64,000 nucleotides of DNA. Origin: a virus. The stretch is from the IMG/VR virus record IMGVR_UViG_3300009408_000001, positions 32,001 through 96,000 of that record, one strand, 5' to 3'. The notes beneath the pieces were generated by a model. It saw only the letters and a program-made list of their open reading frames with translations, ran no database searches and had not been told where the DNA came from. The position numbers and the translations under genes were made by a program. Below are positions 1 to 8,822 of this stretch, in pieces; position 1 is the stretch's first letter; each line of letters starts with the position of its first letter.

Positions 1-5
1 TTAAC

Positions 6-515
6 ATGTTGAGCATGAAAACGCTGGGTCAGAAAGTCCGCACCGAGCGGAACATAAAAGGAATCACCATTAAGGACTTGTCAAAGAGTTCAGGTGTGTC
101 CGCCAGTACCATCTCCCGGGTGGAGAATGGTTTACCAGTAAAGGAGGCCATCCTTGCAAGGGTTTTACATGCAAGTGGCCTGTCCACCGAAGACTATTAT
201 TTCGGTAAGGATGAACCCGTGTGGATCAAGGCAGGTGAATACATTCCGGAAGACCATAATGCACCATCCTACTGGATCTACAGTAAACAGAACGGGGTGA
301 GTCTCATTCCTCGCCGTACCTTCTTGCACAAGGTGGCCACACACTGCCCTACTATGTGTATGTTCCAGTTGTCAGATGTGAGACTCCCGCCTCCTCCGGT
401 AGGGGTACACATGGAAGACAATGTGTACACACCGGTCATCACCGTCACCTCTGCTGTCCCTCCAGAACACCTGGATGCGTATGAACGAATGCGCAACGAC
501 TTGGCTGGCCTATAA
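6..515 (+). CDS. XRE/Cro-C1 family helix-turn-helix protein with unknown C-terminal domain
   Basis: N-terminus LGQKVRTERNIKGITIKDLSKSSGVSASTISRVENG matches the HTH_3 pattern. Confidence 0.8.
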   Translation: MLSMKTLGQKVRTERNIKGITIKDLSKSSGVSASTISRVENGLPVKEAILARVLHASGLSTEDYYFGKDEPVWIKAGEYIPEDHNAPSYWIYSKQNGVSLIPRRTFLHKVATHCPTMCMFQLSDVRLPPPPVGVHMEDNVYTPVITVTSAVPPEHLDAYERMRNDLAGL

Positions 516-562
516 AGGTATGTAGGTGTGCGTTTCGCACACCAATTGCCGAGGGTTCTAAG

Positions 563-760
563 GTGCCTACCGTTGTTAAAGTACTTATGGTTGTTGTGTC
601 ACTAATATTGCTCGTCTACTTGGAAGGCGAGTTTGTATTCCGGTTCATTGACGGTGGATTTATACACCGAACGGTTGTTTACGGCAGGGTCGCCATGGTA
701 ACCTGTTGTATTGTAATTGTATCAGTCATAGGTTACTGGTACTATGAAAAGGAGAAGTAA
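563..760 (+). CDS. small membrane protein, hypothetical
   Basis: Two hydrophobic stretches; stop overlaps the next start (TAATG). Confidence 0.55.
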   Translation: MPTVVKVLMVVVSLILLVYLEGEFVFRFIDGGFIHRTVVYGRVAMVTCCIVIVSVIGYWYYEKEK

Positions 761-1008
761 TGGAACTGTTTGCTAATGTGGTTTCTGTATTGTTTTGGAT
801 GCTTGTGACCTTTGTGCTACTTGGAACGGTATCCGCCATCGCACTGGTGGTGTATGGCGATTCCCTAGTAGGGGAAGCAAGTACCGGGGAGGTCATAGCC
901 ACCCGGATAACATTGTTCGTTATTTCAATATTGTTGTTCACATTGAACATCCCGAAAACAACATACGGAACCGTGCTGTTCATATATGTATCATACATGT
1001 TCGTATGA
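760..1008 (+). CDS. small membrane protein, hypothetical
   Basis: GGAG RBS, 2-3 hydrophobic segments, ATGA overlap with the next gene. Confidence 0.6.
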   Translation: MELFANVVSVLFWMLVTFVLLGTVSAIALVVYGDSLVGEASTGEVIATRITLFVISILLFTLNIPKTTYGTVLFIYVSYMFV

Positions 1009-1295
1009 TGTTGCGAGACACCCGTTGGGTGTCCGTTTTTTTATGCCGGGAGTTAGTTATATGTGGCACGCACTGGGAGTGGGATGTGATTCATGAAAGA
1101 CCCGATGGTACTGTAAGGGAGACGTTCTGTCTTTCTACCGGGCATTGGATAGTGATTGAAAATGAAAGTTACGTTAGCGTAGATACGAGTGCGGTATTTA
1201 CTGGGGCGCGTGTACGGTATTATCCTGGGGGATACACCTGTGTATCTCAAACAGGAGAGGTTATATTCTTACTTAGTAAACGAGGGGTGCCCTAA
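1005..1295 (+). CDS. hypothetical protein (start moved to ATG 1005)
   Basis: ATGA coupling with the upstream stop; 3' part of ORF 795..1295. Confidence 0.5.
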   Translation: MMLRDTRWVSVFLCRELVICGTHWEWDVIHERPDGTVRETFCLSTGHWIVIENESYVSVDTSAVFTGARVRYYPGGYTCVSQTGEVIFLLSKRGVP

Positions 1296-1319
1296 TTGGG
1301 GTTACTGGAACAGGAGTAG

Positions 1320-1514
1320 ATGATGAACAAGTATGAAGTGATGGCTTGGGCAGTTGGAACCATTGCCACCATGATGTTTGTAACCAACCTAACCAGCAAC
1401 GAGTTGGCAAAGGGAGGGACCAGTTACCGACACACCCGTGTACCTGTAGCAATCGATCAGTTTTCGACTGATACTATCCCTACCCTAAACCAGGGTCAAT
1501 TACACACAAGGTGA
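1320..1514 (+). CDS. hypothetical protein containing one copy of the 41-bp repeat
   Basis: AGGAG RBS upstream; ORF track. Confidence 0.45.
   Translation: MMNKYEVMAWAVGTIATMMFVTNLTSNELAKGGTSYRHTRVPVAIDQFSTDTIPTLNQGQLHTR
1378..1418 (+). repeat. 41-bp dispersed direct repeat, copy 1 (copy 2 at 62632-62672)
   Basis: TTGTAACCAACCTAACC[A/G]GCAACGAGTTGGCAAAGGGAGGG, 40/41 identical by eye. Confidence 0.9.
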
Positions 1515-1520
1515 TTTAAC

Positions 1521-1799
1521 ATGATAGTGGACACACTGTTAACAACAGAAGATACCCCAGGTATAAGGAAACTTTACCTTAAACGCAATGGGGGTAAACG
1601 AGTACTGGGTATATTTGACACCACTATTGCTGCACCGAATCCAAGCAGCGGTACACTCCCTGTAGAGTGGAAAGAAGGTAAGTTGGGTACCCGGCACCTC
1701 AAAGTGGATGGATACGCGAATGGGAAACGCTGTTTCTGGTATGTTGTAGATGAGGGTAAACGCTACCCACAGATGCGCGAACAATACGTCTTGTATTAA
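1521..1799 (+). CDS. hypothetical protein
   Basis: ORF track; in the co-directional gene run. Confidence 0.55.
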   Translation: MIVDTLLTTEDTPGIRKLYLKRNGGKRVLGIFDTTIAAPNPSSGTLPVEWKEGKLGTRHLKVDGYANGKRCFWYVVDEGKRYPQMREQYVLY

Positions 1800-1851
1800 A
1801 GGGGAAGTAGATGAAATAACTTAAAGAAGTAATGCGACGCTGGTCCCCCAT

Positions 1852-2277
1852 GTGGCGGGATTGAGTTACAGACTGATGCTCACCGTGTGTATCGCATCGG
1901 TTTATCTGTATACAACAAAGGCTCCTTACAGGAGTGTACCACCAACCCGAGGATTTAAGAAAATGTTTACCATGGTATTTTGGATTTACACTTTATTCCG
2001 CATTGTGGATTACATTGACGATAGGCATTGGAGAAAGGTAGGGTTAACACCAACCACGTATGTGTATAGGGGAAAGGGATTTAGGTTTGGTAGGGTAACC
2101 GAGAACACTGGGTACCTTAGCAGACCTATCTTTAACCGATACCTAAACCGTCGGCATGGCAACGATCCCCTACCCCTGGTAAAGGTTAAGGAAGGTTACG
2201 TGTTCAAACAGCCGGAGCGCAGCTACCTACTCAGAAGTACCGACCACAAAATCGTTGTCTGGACTGACAACAAATAA
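1852..2277 (+). CDS. hypothetical membrane-anchored protein
   Basis: ORF track; two N-terminal hydrophobic segments. Confidence 0.5.
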   Translation: MAGLSYRLMLTVCIASVYLYTTKAPYRSVPPTRGFKKMFTMVFWIYTLFRIVDYIDDRHWRKVGLTPTTYVYRGKGFRFGRVTENTGYLSRPIFNRYLNRRHGNDPLPLVKVKEGYVFKQPERSYLLRSTDHKIVVWTDNK

Positions 2278-2317
2278 CCCAGGTGCCCAAACGGGCACCT
2301 GCACTAGGAGAAGTAAA

Positions 2318-3124
2318 ATGAAACAGTATAAAGCATTGATTCAAGAAGTCGTTGACAATGGTTCATTTCGACCAGATCGGACTGGGACGGGTACCTTCGG
2401 GTACTTCGGGTTACAACAGGAGTGGGACCTTAGAAAGGGGTTTCCACTGGTAACCGGGAAGAAAACTAACTTCGACATGATCGCCACAGAGTTACATTGG
2501 TTCCTATTGGGCGGTACAAACACCCGCTACCTAACAGACCGAGGGTGTAAGATCTGGAATGAGTGGGCAGATGAAAAGGGTGAATTGGGTCCTGTGTATG
2601 GTAAACAGTGGCGTAGTTGGTTGGATTCTGAAGGGTTCACTCACGACCAACTGGAAACCCTGATTGACGGTCTCATAGGTAACCCGTATGGCCGACGACA
2701 CATTGTCTCCGCTTGGAACACAGGTGACCTACAGCGGATGGCACTGGAGCCCTGTCACATTTTGTTTCAGTGTCACGTACAGGATGGGGTGTTGTCACTG
2801 CACATGTACCAACGCAGTGCGGACCTCTTCTTAGGGGTCCCTTACAACATTGCCTCCTACGCATACTTGCTGCACCTTCTAGCTGCGTACACGGGTCTCA
2901 CGGTGGGTAGACTGATTGTAAGTTATGGAGACATCCACATTTATAACAACCACCAGCAACAGATTGCGGAGTACATGCACTCCCCCACATACACCTTACC
3001 CGAACTGATCCTAGATGTCGATGCCGTTAAGCGATCGGACCTGTTGACACAGTTACCTGACAAACCGTATACGTTAGTCGAGTACGAACATGGTCCTTAC
3101 ATTGCCGCTAAAGTCGCAGTATGA
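2318..3124 (+). CDS. thyA: thymidylate synthase
   Basis: Motifs DRTGTGT, FPLVTGKK, GELGPVYGKQWR, catalytic PCH, YQRSADLFLGVPYN, GDIHIYNNH; AGGAG RBS before ATG 2318. Confidence 0.97.
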   Translation: MKQYKALIQEVVDNGSFRPDRTGTGTFGYFGLQQEWDLRKGFPLVTGKKTNFDMIATELHWFLLGGTNTRYLTDRGCKIWNEWADEKGELGPVYGKQWRSWLDSEGFTHDQLETLIDGLIGNPYGRRHIVSAWNTGDLQRMALEPCHILFQCHVQDGVLSLHMYQRSADLFLGVPYNIASYAYLLHLLAAYTGLTVGRLIVSYGDIHIYNNHQQQIAEYMHSPTYTLPELILDVDAVKRSDLLTQLPDKPYTLVEYEHGPYIAAKVAV

Positions 3125-3552
3125 ACACGACAAGGACAACACCAGAATACAACACGCGGTTCAAGCCCAGGACTTCGGTTACACTGGAACCGGGCATGGG
3201 GCTATACGACGTCAGTGTTACAGATTCCAATGGTGTTGCGGTTGCCACGTATTCAAACTACATAGTCCCTATGGTGGTGGTAGATGGGTTAGTAGCCTGG
3301 GTACCGGATACAGGATTCCTATATGGGTGTGGCATTCCCAATATGCCTCTTACCATGTATCGCATGGTTCCAGACATTGATGTAGAGATATCACGGGCGC
3401 TTAAGTTTGACCCCGTCCGTATTCTTCAGAAAAAGAAACAATTACTTATCCCAGTTTACACCTCCGGATTAGTATTAAGTGGCTATATTCTTGGGATAGC
3501 TACCTCGGTGTTTTTCTCCCTATTCTTCGAAATGAGCATACCGTGGAGGTAA
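3121..3552 (+). CDS. hypothetical protein
   Basis: ATGA coupling to thyA stop. Confidence 0.6.
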   Translation: MNTTRTTPEYNTRFKPRTSVTLEPGMGLYDVSVTDSNGVAVATYSNYIVPMVVVDGLVAWVPDTGFLYGCGIPNMPLTMYRMVPDIDVEISRALKFDPVRILQKKKQLLIPVYTSGLVLSGYILGIATSVFFSLFFEMSIPWR

Positions 3553-3554
3553 CC

Positions 3555-4061
3555 ATGTGTAAGTTAAGTTTGTTCACGGCTGTCAGTATGGACAGTTATT
3601 TGGGAGACACGGCCTCCCGTTTGTTATTTACAAACCCACACGCACTGAAGCGACTGAAGGAGATTTCACAGAACAGTGCGTTGATCGTGGGTAAGCACAC
3701 CCATGCACTACATGTAGACCAACTGAAGGGAACAGCGTGTACAGTGGTCACAAAGGATGCAGAATACACCGTACCGACTGGACATAACCTGGCGTACAGT
3801 CTCGTGGAGGCACTAACGTGTACAGCGTGGGACTCGAAGAAACTGCACTTTAAGAACGGACCGTATGTGATCGGAGGGGAGTCTCTTTTGGGGGAGGCAG
3901 TAGCAAGGGGTGCCTTCTGTGAGGTAATGTTTCTAAAGGACTGTATCCGAGAGGGCATTCATTTCAAGACAGACTTCCTCATTCCCCATGCGCGGGAGGT
4001 TGCGATTATGCATTTGGCGGAAGGGGGTACCCACTCTACCGCGTATGGCCTGGGATCTTAA
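3555..4061 (+). CDS. dihydrofolate reductase-fold protein, catalytically divergent
   Basis: Aligns by eye to FolA (LSLFTAV..LG, LIVGKHT, YVIGG) and lies near thyA; GGAGG RBS; the Asp27 and Arg57 equivalents are substituted. Confidence 0.75.
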   Translation: MCKLSLFTAVSMDSYLGDTASRLLFTNPHALKRLKEISQNSALIVGKHTHALHVDQLKGTACTVVTKDAEYTVPTGHNLAYSLVEALTCTAWDSKKLHFKNGPYVIGGESLLGEAVARGAFCEVMFLKDCIREGIHFKTDFLIPHAREVAIMHLAEGGTHSTAYGLGS

Positions 4062-4092
4062 TAAGGTTGGATCAAGCCGGATTAAAAACCAT

Positions 4093-4108
4093 ATTACCTT
4101 AACGATCA
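4093..4108 (+). promoter_or_regulatory. putative phage early promoter (ATTAC-N5-YGAKMA)
   Basis: CATATTAC CTTAA CGATCA; resembles the phiKZ early motif TATATTAC and recurs at seven other sites. Confidence 0.65.
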
Positions 4109-4168
4109 TAAGCGTTGTGTTTATGGCATTATATTAATCACCGCTCTTACTGAGCAAAGGATACCCAT

Positions 4169-4588
4169 ATGTTTAATCGCGGCCAAGCAGTCCAAACGAT
4201 GAAAAAATTTATCTTCACCACCGGCACCAGGGCTACTGATGTGTGGGTTGGAGCTGGAGGAGCAATGCTCCTGAAAAGCAAATACCTGAGAACGATGACG
4301 TCAGACCTAGATGTTGGGGTGGATGCAAGGGAGTACAACCGGCTGAAGTCTCACCCACTGTGTCTTGGCGAACAGCCGATCCATGGGATGCCTGGGGAGT
4401 TCCTACTCTCCTTCCCGGATGAGGTTGATGTACACAAGGAGGACCGCCGCTTCCTTAAGCTGGAGTCGTACTGCGGCATTCTTCACTGGTCGATGGGGGA
4501 CGTGCTGAAACTAAAGTTACGTCTCAACCGGCCGAAGGACATTGGTGACATCGCCAAACTGAAAAGTCCAAAGGGGAATTGGCTGTGA
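4169..4588 (+). CDS. small nucleotidyltransferase-fold protein (AbiEii/DUF6036-like)
   Basis: GGAMLL...TSDLDV and C-terminal RPKDIGD are pol-beta-superfamily NTase motifs. Confidence 0.7.
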   Translation: MFNRGQAVQTMKKFIFTTGTRATDVWVGAGGAMLLKSKYLRTMTSDLDVGVDAREYNRLKSHPLCLGEQPIHGMPGEFLLSFPDEVDVHKEDRRFLKLESYCGILHWSMGDVLKLKLRLNRPKDIGDIAKLKSPKGNWL

Positions 4589-4764
4589 CACCCAGTGTAA
4601 TTGGAATCCTGGTCGCCCTCCTGGCAGGGTGTGCTTGGATCGCCAGTTCGCTACGGGAAAAGAAACTGGATTCGTGGGTTAAGTCCCACACTCCAGTTGT
4701 AATAACCTCTCCTTCCTCCCGGAAGGAGAACTCAATCCCGACTCTTACGGACCGGGTAAACTAA
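4579..4764 (+). CDS. small membrane protein, hypothetical
   Basis: N-terminal hydrophobic helix; overlaps the upstream gene. Confidence 0.4.
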   Translation: MAVTPSVIGILVALLAGCAWIASSLREKKLDSWVKSHTPVVITSPSSRKENSIPTLTDRVN

Positions 4765-4809
4765 TAAACGACCGGGTGTAACACTCACCCGGTCAAGGAG
4801 TATGCTATA

Positions 4810-5718
4810 ATGAGTAAATCCCGCGCACCAGTATTTTCCCAGTCGGCTGCACCGTCTGGCCCATTGTCCATCCACCCACTTCCCGTCGGGCGGAGTGGCC
4901 ATGTCGAAGTCCGAACCGCCAACGGGCAAACCCGCCTGGTGGTCAAGCCAGTAAAACGCAATACCTATATCTCCATCCGGACACTAAGTCCGGATGAGCG
5001 TTATCAGAGAGGCTTCTCCACGGTCTCTGATTGTGGTAGATATTTCGCCTTCGGGCATGTAGAAAACAATAAGAAAAGGGAGAGAGCAATCGCTGTCTTA
5101 CTTTACTCCAGTACCGGTCGGTACTACGGAGTGGTACGTCAACTTGACTCCTCAAGGGGAGTCGAGGTCCTCACCGCTGAAGAGATCACCGCGATCACTG
5201 GTACAATCCACGAGGCGGCCACAACACCGCCCAATCTGGCTAATGTGGACCTGGGGAAGTATTCCTCGTCCATTGGGTCGATGCTTAACCCTCTTCTTCC
5301 GGACATTTCAACCCCCCAACAACTATGTTACGGAGCGTTCCTTCGCTCCGGTGTAGAAGGCGGTGCATACCTCCACCTTGATCTGGTTGACCCAATGGGC
5401 GAAAGCCTGTTAAAGGAACCACTTAAGGTCATAGCGAGATCAGATGCTGTGGCATCAGACGACAGTACTGTGGTCATTACCGTCAGTGCCGTCATGTTCC
5501 ACTCACAGATTATGGAGATTATGAAAGTCCACATTCTGTCGGACGGACACCTGTGGCCGGTTGCAGAGGTGTCTCTTGCTAAGGGCGTTCGTGCCAACAT
5601 GGCGGTGGCAACCGCTGTTGGTAAAGCAAGTTTCCTCCTCGAGGCTGCAGCCTTGATAAAGACTGATCTCCCCGGATGTTCAGGCATTGCGCCGTATTCC
5701 GTTTCGGATATCGCGTAA
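4810..5718 (+). CDS. hypothetical protein, possibly a degenerate beta-propeller or virion protein
   Basis: 302-aa ORF preceded by a hairpin (4770-4794) plus TATGC and followed by a terminator. Confidence 0.6.
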   Translation: MSKSRAPVFSQSAAPSGPLSIHPLPVGRSGHVEVRTANGQTRLVVKPVKRNTYISIRTLSPDERYQRGFSTVSDCGRYFAFGHVENNKKRERAIAVLLYSSTGRYYGVVRQLDSSRGVEVLTAEEITAITGTIHEAATTPPNLANVDLGKYSSSIGSMLNPLLPDISTPQQLCYGAFLRSGVEGGAYLHLDLVDPMGESLLKEPLKVIARSDAVASDDSTVVITVSAVMFHSQIMEIMKVHILSDGHLWPVAEVSLAKGVRANMAVATAVGKASFLLEAAALIKTDLPGCSGIAPYSVSDIA

Positions 5719-5720
5719 TT

Positions 5721-5752
5721 AAGAGGAGGGGATATCCCCTCCTTATTTTTTT
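5721..5752 (+). terminator. intrinsic terminator
   Basis: GGAGGGG-ATAT-CCCCTCC followed by a T tract. Confidence 0.8.
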
Positions 5753-5755
5753 CCA

Positions 5756-6181
5756 ATGGAGTACAGTATGTATACGGAGTTAGAGAGACTGGTAATAGAT
5801 ATGGCGGAAATGTTACAGTTACTCCAGAAAGGAGTTCACTGGATTGCAGATGGGGAAAAACTGACAGATAAAAATGTCACTGCGTTACCCTGTCCAACCC
5901 TTACCGAGATCATAAAAAAACTGCAGCAGGCTACCTTCCTGACTAGTCCTGAGAAGCTGGCCGCTTTCGCAAGAGGAGAGTACAATGGTACAGATCTACT
6001 CAATGTTAAAGAGGATATCGTGACCATTGACAATGCGCAGGTTGGCATCCGGGTAGCAATGACACTGGGAAATGTAGCACCGAGACACAAAGCGATCCTT
6101 AAGAACATGTACAATTTCGAAGGGTCGCTTACCTGTACAATTGGTCCACCAGAACCACCCATGTCCAATACCATACACTAG
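5756..6181 (+). CDS. hypothetical protein
   Basis: ORF track. Confidence 0.6.
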   Translation: MEYSMYTELERLVIDMAEMLQLLQKGVHWIADGEKLTDKNVTALPCPTLTEIIKKLQQATFLTSPEKLAAFARGEYNGTDLLNVKEDIVTIDNAQVGIRVAMTLGNVAPRHKAILKNMYNFEGSLTCTIGPPEPPMSNTIH

Positions 6182-6190
6182 GAGAAACAG

Positions 6191-7267
6191 ATGCCCTCTA
6201 GTATATCGTACCGCCTAAATCCCACTGTAGCAAAATCCCTTACTACCTTTAATGCATCGGGAACCCACATGGCGGTGTTTGTCACACATGTAAGAAGGGA
6301 ACCCGTTATAAAGGTGTACCAAAATAACACTGCTGGAGAGTGGGTGGAGATACATGTCATCACCTCAAACCTCACTCCCGTGCTGTCCATGTCGGGTGAC
6401 GGAAGTGTTTTGTACTTCTTGAGGGGCGGCGTTACCAGTGGACTGTTTTCACTTAACCTGAGTACCCTTGGTGAAACACGGGTGGGTGAAATCCTACCGT
6501 ATACCACTGCGATGATGGTATCTCACTTAGGGAACACCGTAGTTAGACATCTTAACATGGGAATTGGGTACGCCCCAGAGGTGTGTATCGAACGAATAGA
6601 TGCGGGCGTTTCCATTGACACGGTCACGGTGGAAGGAGATTCCTGTACAGTTTCAAACAGTGGGGATACCTGTGTTGTAAGTTACCCCTGTCGAACTGGA
6701 GTACCCGGAGACAGTCGGGTCATAGAGTGTGTTTCTAATACGTGGAAGGTAGGTTCCGCTACACTGGGTTCCATGTTGACAGGACGCACTTCAAACGACC
6801 ATGGTCTCGCTGCAATCTCTGGAGATGGGAATGTCATATTTGCTGTAATGGTAATCGTGAGTTCCAGAGGGCGACAAAAGGTAAGTGACGTAGAGACGCT
6901 TGTTCAATATAAGCGAAGTCCAACTGGCTGGCAGTACGTGGGGAGTGTTACTGGCGGAGGGGCCTGTGGTAAGGAACCTGTCCTTAAACCGATCAGTGCG
7001 ATAGTGTGTTGCAACCGAGGGGCACACCTGGTGATGTACGGCCTTATGGAAGCTTCATTACCCGCAGGAAGGTTGTTTAAACAGGATGGCAATGGTAGTT
7101 GGTCCAAACACGAACTCCCAGTCAGTACTGAAAGTGTACTGAGTCAGTCACGTGAAACACCCTGTAAGCCAGGACTTTACGTAACCGCTAAAGAAGCGAC
7201 ACTCGAAATACGTCACACCTGTGAGGGTGGAATGTCAAGTGTCTTACTGATGCTTGATTCACTATAG
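6191..7267 (+). CDS. divergent beta-propeller protein (putative tail/baseplate accessory)
   Basis: Blade-like repeats SMSGDGSVLY, AISGDGNVIF; AGGAG RBS. Confidence 0.65.
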   Translation: MPSSISYRLNPTVAKSLTTFNASGTHMAVFVTHVRREPVIKVYQNNTAGEWVEIHVITSNLTPVLSMSGDGSVLYFLRGGVTSGLFSLNLSTLGETRVGEILPYTTAMMVSHLGNTVVRHLNMGIGYAPEVCIERIDAGVSIDTVTVEGDSCTVSNSGDTCVVSYPCRTGVPGDSRVIECVSNTWKVGSATLGSMLTGRTSNDHGLAAISGDGNVIFAVMVIVSSRGRQKVSDVETLVQYKRSPTGWQYVGSVTGGGACGKEPVLKPISAIVCCNRGAHLVMYGLMEASLPAGRLFKQDGNGSWSKHELPVSTESVLSQSRETPCKPGLYVTAKEATLEIRHTCEGGMSSVLLMLDSL

Positions 7268-7276
7268 GAGAACAAA

Positions 7277-7666
7277 ATGAAGAGAAGATTTACAAACACA
7301 GTTGCATTGTTAGACAACTTGATTGACGGTTTCCCCATTCCGGTACTAGGGGTACACAACGGTAGGATCATACGGGTATTCGCTAAAGAATTCGAGGAAC
7401 CTTTCCCGGGTGTGTTACTGGACCCAAACAAGGATGACTGGTTTTACAATGGGATCCCTTCTGGAGGTGGCATTGTTACATGTGGTGACACCCTGTATCT
7501 GGTTTCCAGAAGGACGAATCGCGTATTTTCAACAGGCGGGGATACAATCACGTATGTATCCGTTGACCCACATACTGAGGAGATCACTGTGAAAACAGAA
7601 GGTGGGACGACGGTGTCCTTCTACGATGTGACATGTCCGGTAGACTTACCAGGGTGGTCAGGATGA
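7277..7666 (+). CDS. hypothetical protein
   Basis: AGGAG RBS; ATGA overlap with the next gene. Confidence 0.6.
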   Translation: MKRRFTNTVALLDNLIDGFPIPVLGVHNGRIIRVFAKEFEEPFPGVLLDPNKDDWFYNGIPSGGGIVTCGDTLYLVSRRTNRVFSTGGDTITYVSVDPHTEEITVKTEGGTTVSFYDVTCPVDLPGWSG

Positions 7667-8814
7667 TTGTCATTCCCGATCCAGTGACGAGCGAATACAT
7701 CAGCCGAATCGGCTGTATCTCTATCGCAATGGACGGTACTAGAGTGGTGGGTTGTCCGGACACAAATGAGGTGTTCATCGAATACCCGGACCCACTGGTT
7801 AGACCCACCCACCACATTGGCCTTTCCGACCTTACGGGGTACGGTATTGCAGTAATGATATCCCCTGACGCGAATGTGTTGGCAGTGGTATCATATGAAT
7901 CACCGTTTCTCACTCCAGTTGAATCTGACTTAAATCCGTCTTTCATATCCCTGTACGTGTACCAGTACGTGGGGGGCGTGTGGCAGGAACGGGAGGTACA
8001 TGAATCTATTTGCATGGCAACTCCCCATGCTGGCATGTTGGACATGTCGGATGATGGATCCACTATTGTCCTGTCCGGTTCACTGGAGTACGAGGTACAT
8101 GGTTCTTCAGATCCAGCAGTGGGTGGTCAAGATGTCATTGAATTCAGTGATAGGTCCGCTGAAGTTATCCTCCTTACATCGGTTGACCTGGTAACGTGGT
8201 CCACTACAAACCGCAGCATCGCGGGTAACATTCGTGGACTGCCTCAAAACTTCGATACACCTGCGTTCATTAACTCTACCGGAGATGAACTGTACACGGT
8301 ATGCTGTTGGTCTACTGGAGGTAGTTCGGGGTCAAGACTTTATGTATCTAAGCTAGTGGGTGGCTTCTGGTCGGCACCTCAGTTGGTGATATCCGAAATA
8401 GGTGGAAACTTATCCCTTTCGGCAAACAAGACAGTTGGGGTTTGCTCCTATGTTGAAACCGCACCTATCAACGGTCACTTCTGGTCACTGGCGAAAGGTC
8501 CGGTAGGTTGGGCACAGGTGAACATTCTTCCAGACCCTGCGGCACGTTTGGATCCACTGATGTTAGGTAAGAGTGTTAAGGCTGGGTTGGCTGGTAGGAT
8601 CATGGCAGTAACCTCTAGATTCGATGAAGCGGTTTCGGGTAACATATCGCTGTTCACCGCCGGTGGAGCCTGGACACAGGCTACCATACAAACACCGGAT
8701 TCACAGCTGGGTCATTTCGGACACTTGCTACAGGTAGACGACAGAAACCCTTTAGAGACAATTCTTTTAACCACACATGACAAGACGCTGTATACGTACA
8801 CTGTTGCAGTCTAG
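7663..8814 (+). CDS. divergent FG-GAP-like beta-propeller protein
   Basis: GYGIAVMISPDANVLAV, DMSDDGSTIVLSG, GHFGHLLQVD blades; start at ATGA overlap. Confidence 0.65.
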   Translation: MIVIPDPVTSEYISRIGCISIAMDGTRVVGCPDTNEVFIEYPDPLVRPTHHIGLSDLTGYGIAVMISPDANVLAVVSYESPFLTPVESDLNPSFISLYVYQYVGGVWQEREVHESICMATPHAGMLDMSDDGSTIVLSGSLEYEVHGSSDPAVGGQDVIEFSDRSAEVILLTSVDLVTWSTTNRSIAGNIRGLPQNFDTPAFINSTGDELYTVCCWSTGGSSGSRLYVSKLVGGFWSAPQLVISEIGGNLSLSANKTVGVCSYVETAPINGHFWSLAKGPVGWAQVNILPDPAARLDPLMLGKSVKAGLAGRIMAVTSRFDEAVSGNISLFTAGGAWTQATIQTPDSQLGHFGHLLQVDDRNPLETILLTTHDKTLYTYTVAV

Positions 8815-8822
8815 GAAACACG

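Noticed and set aside
1378-1430. Twister- or pistol-like look (CCTAAC...GGAGGG)
   Set aside because: The conserved P4 loop and pseudoknot partners could not be found
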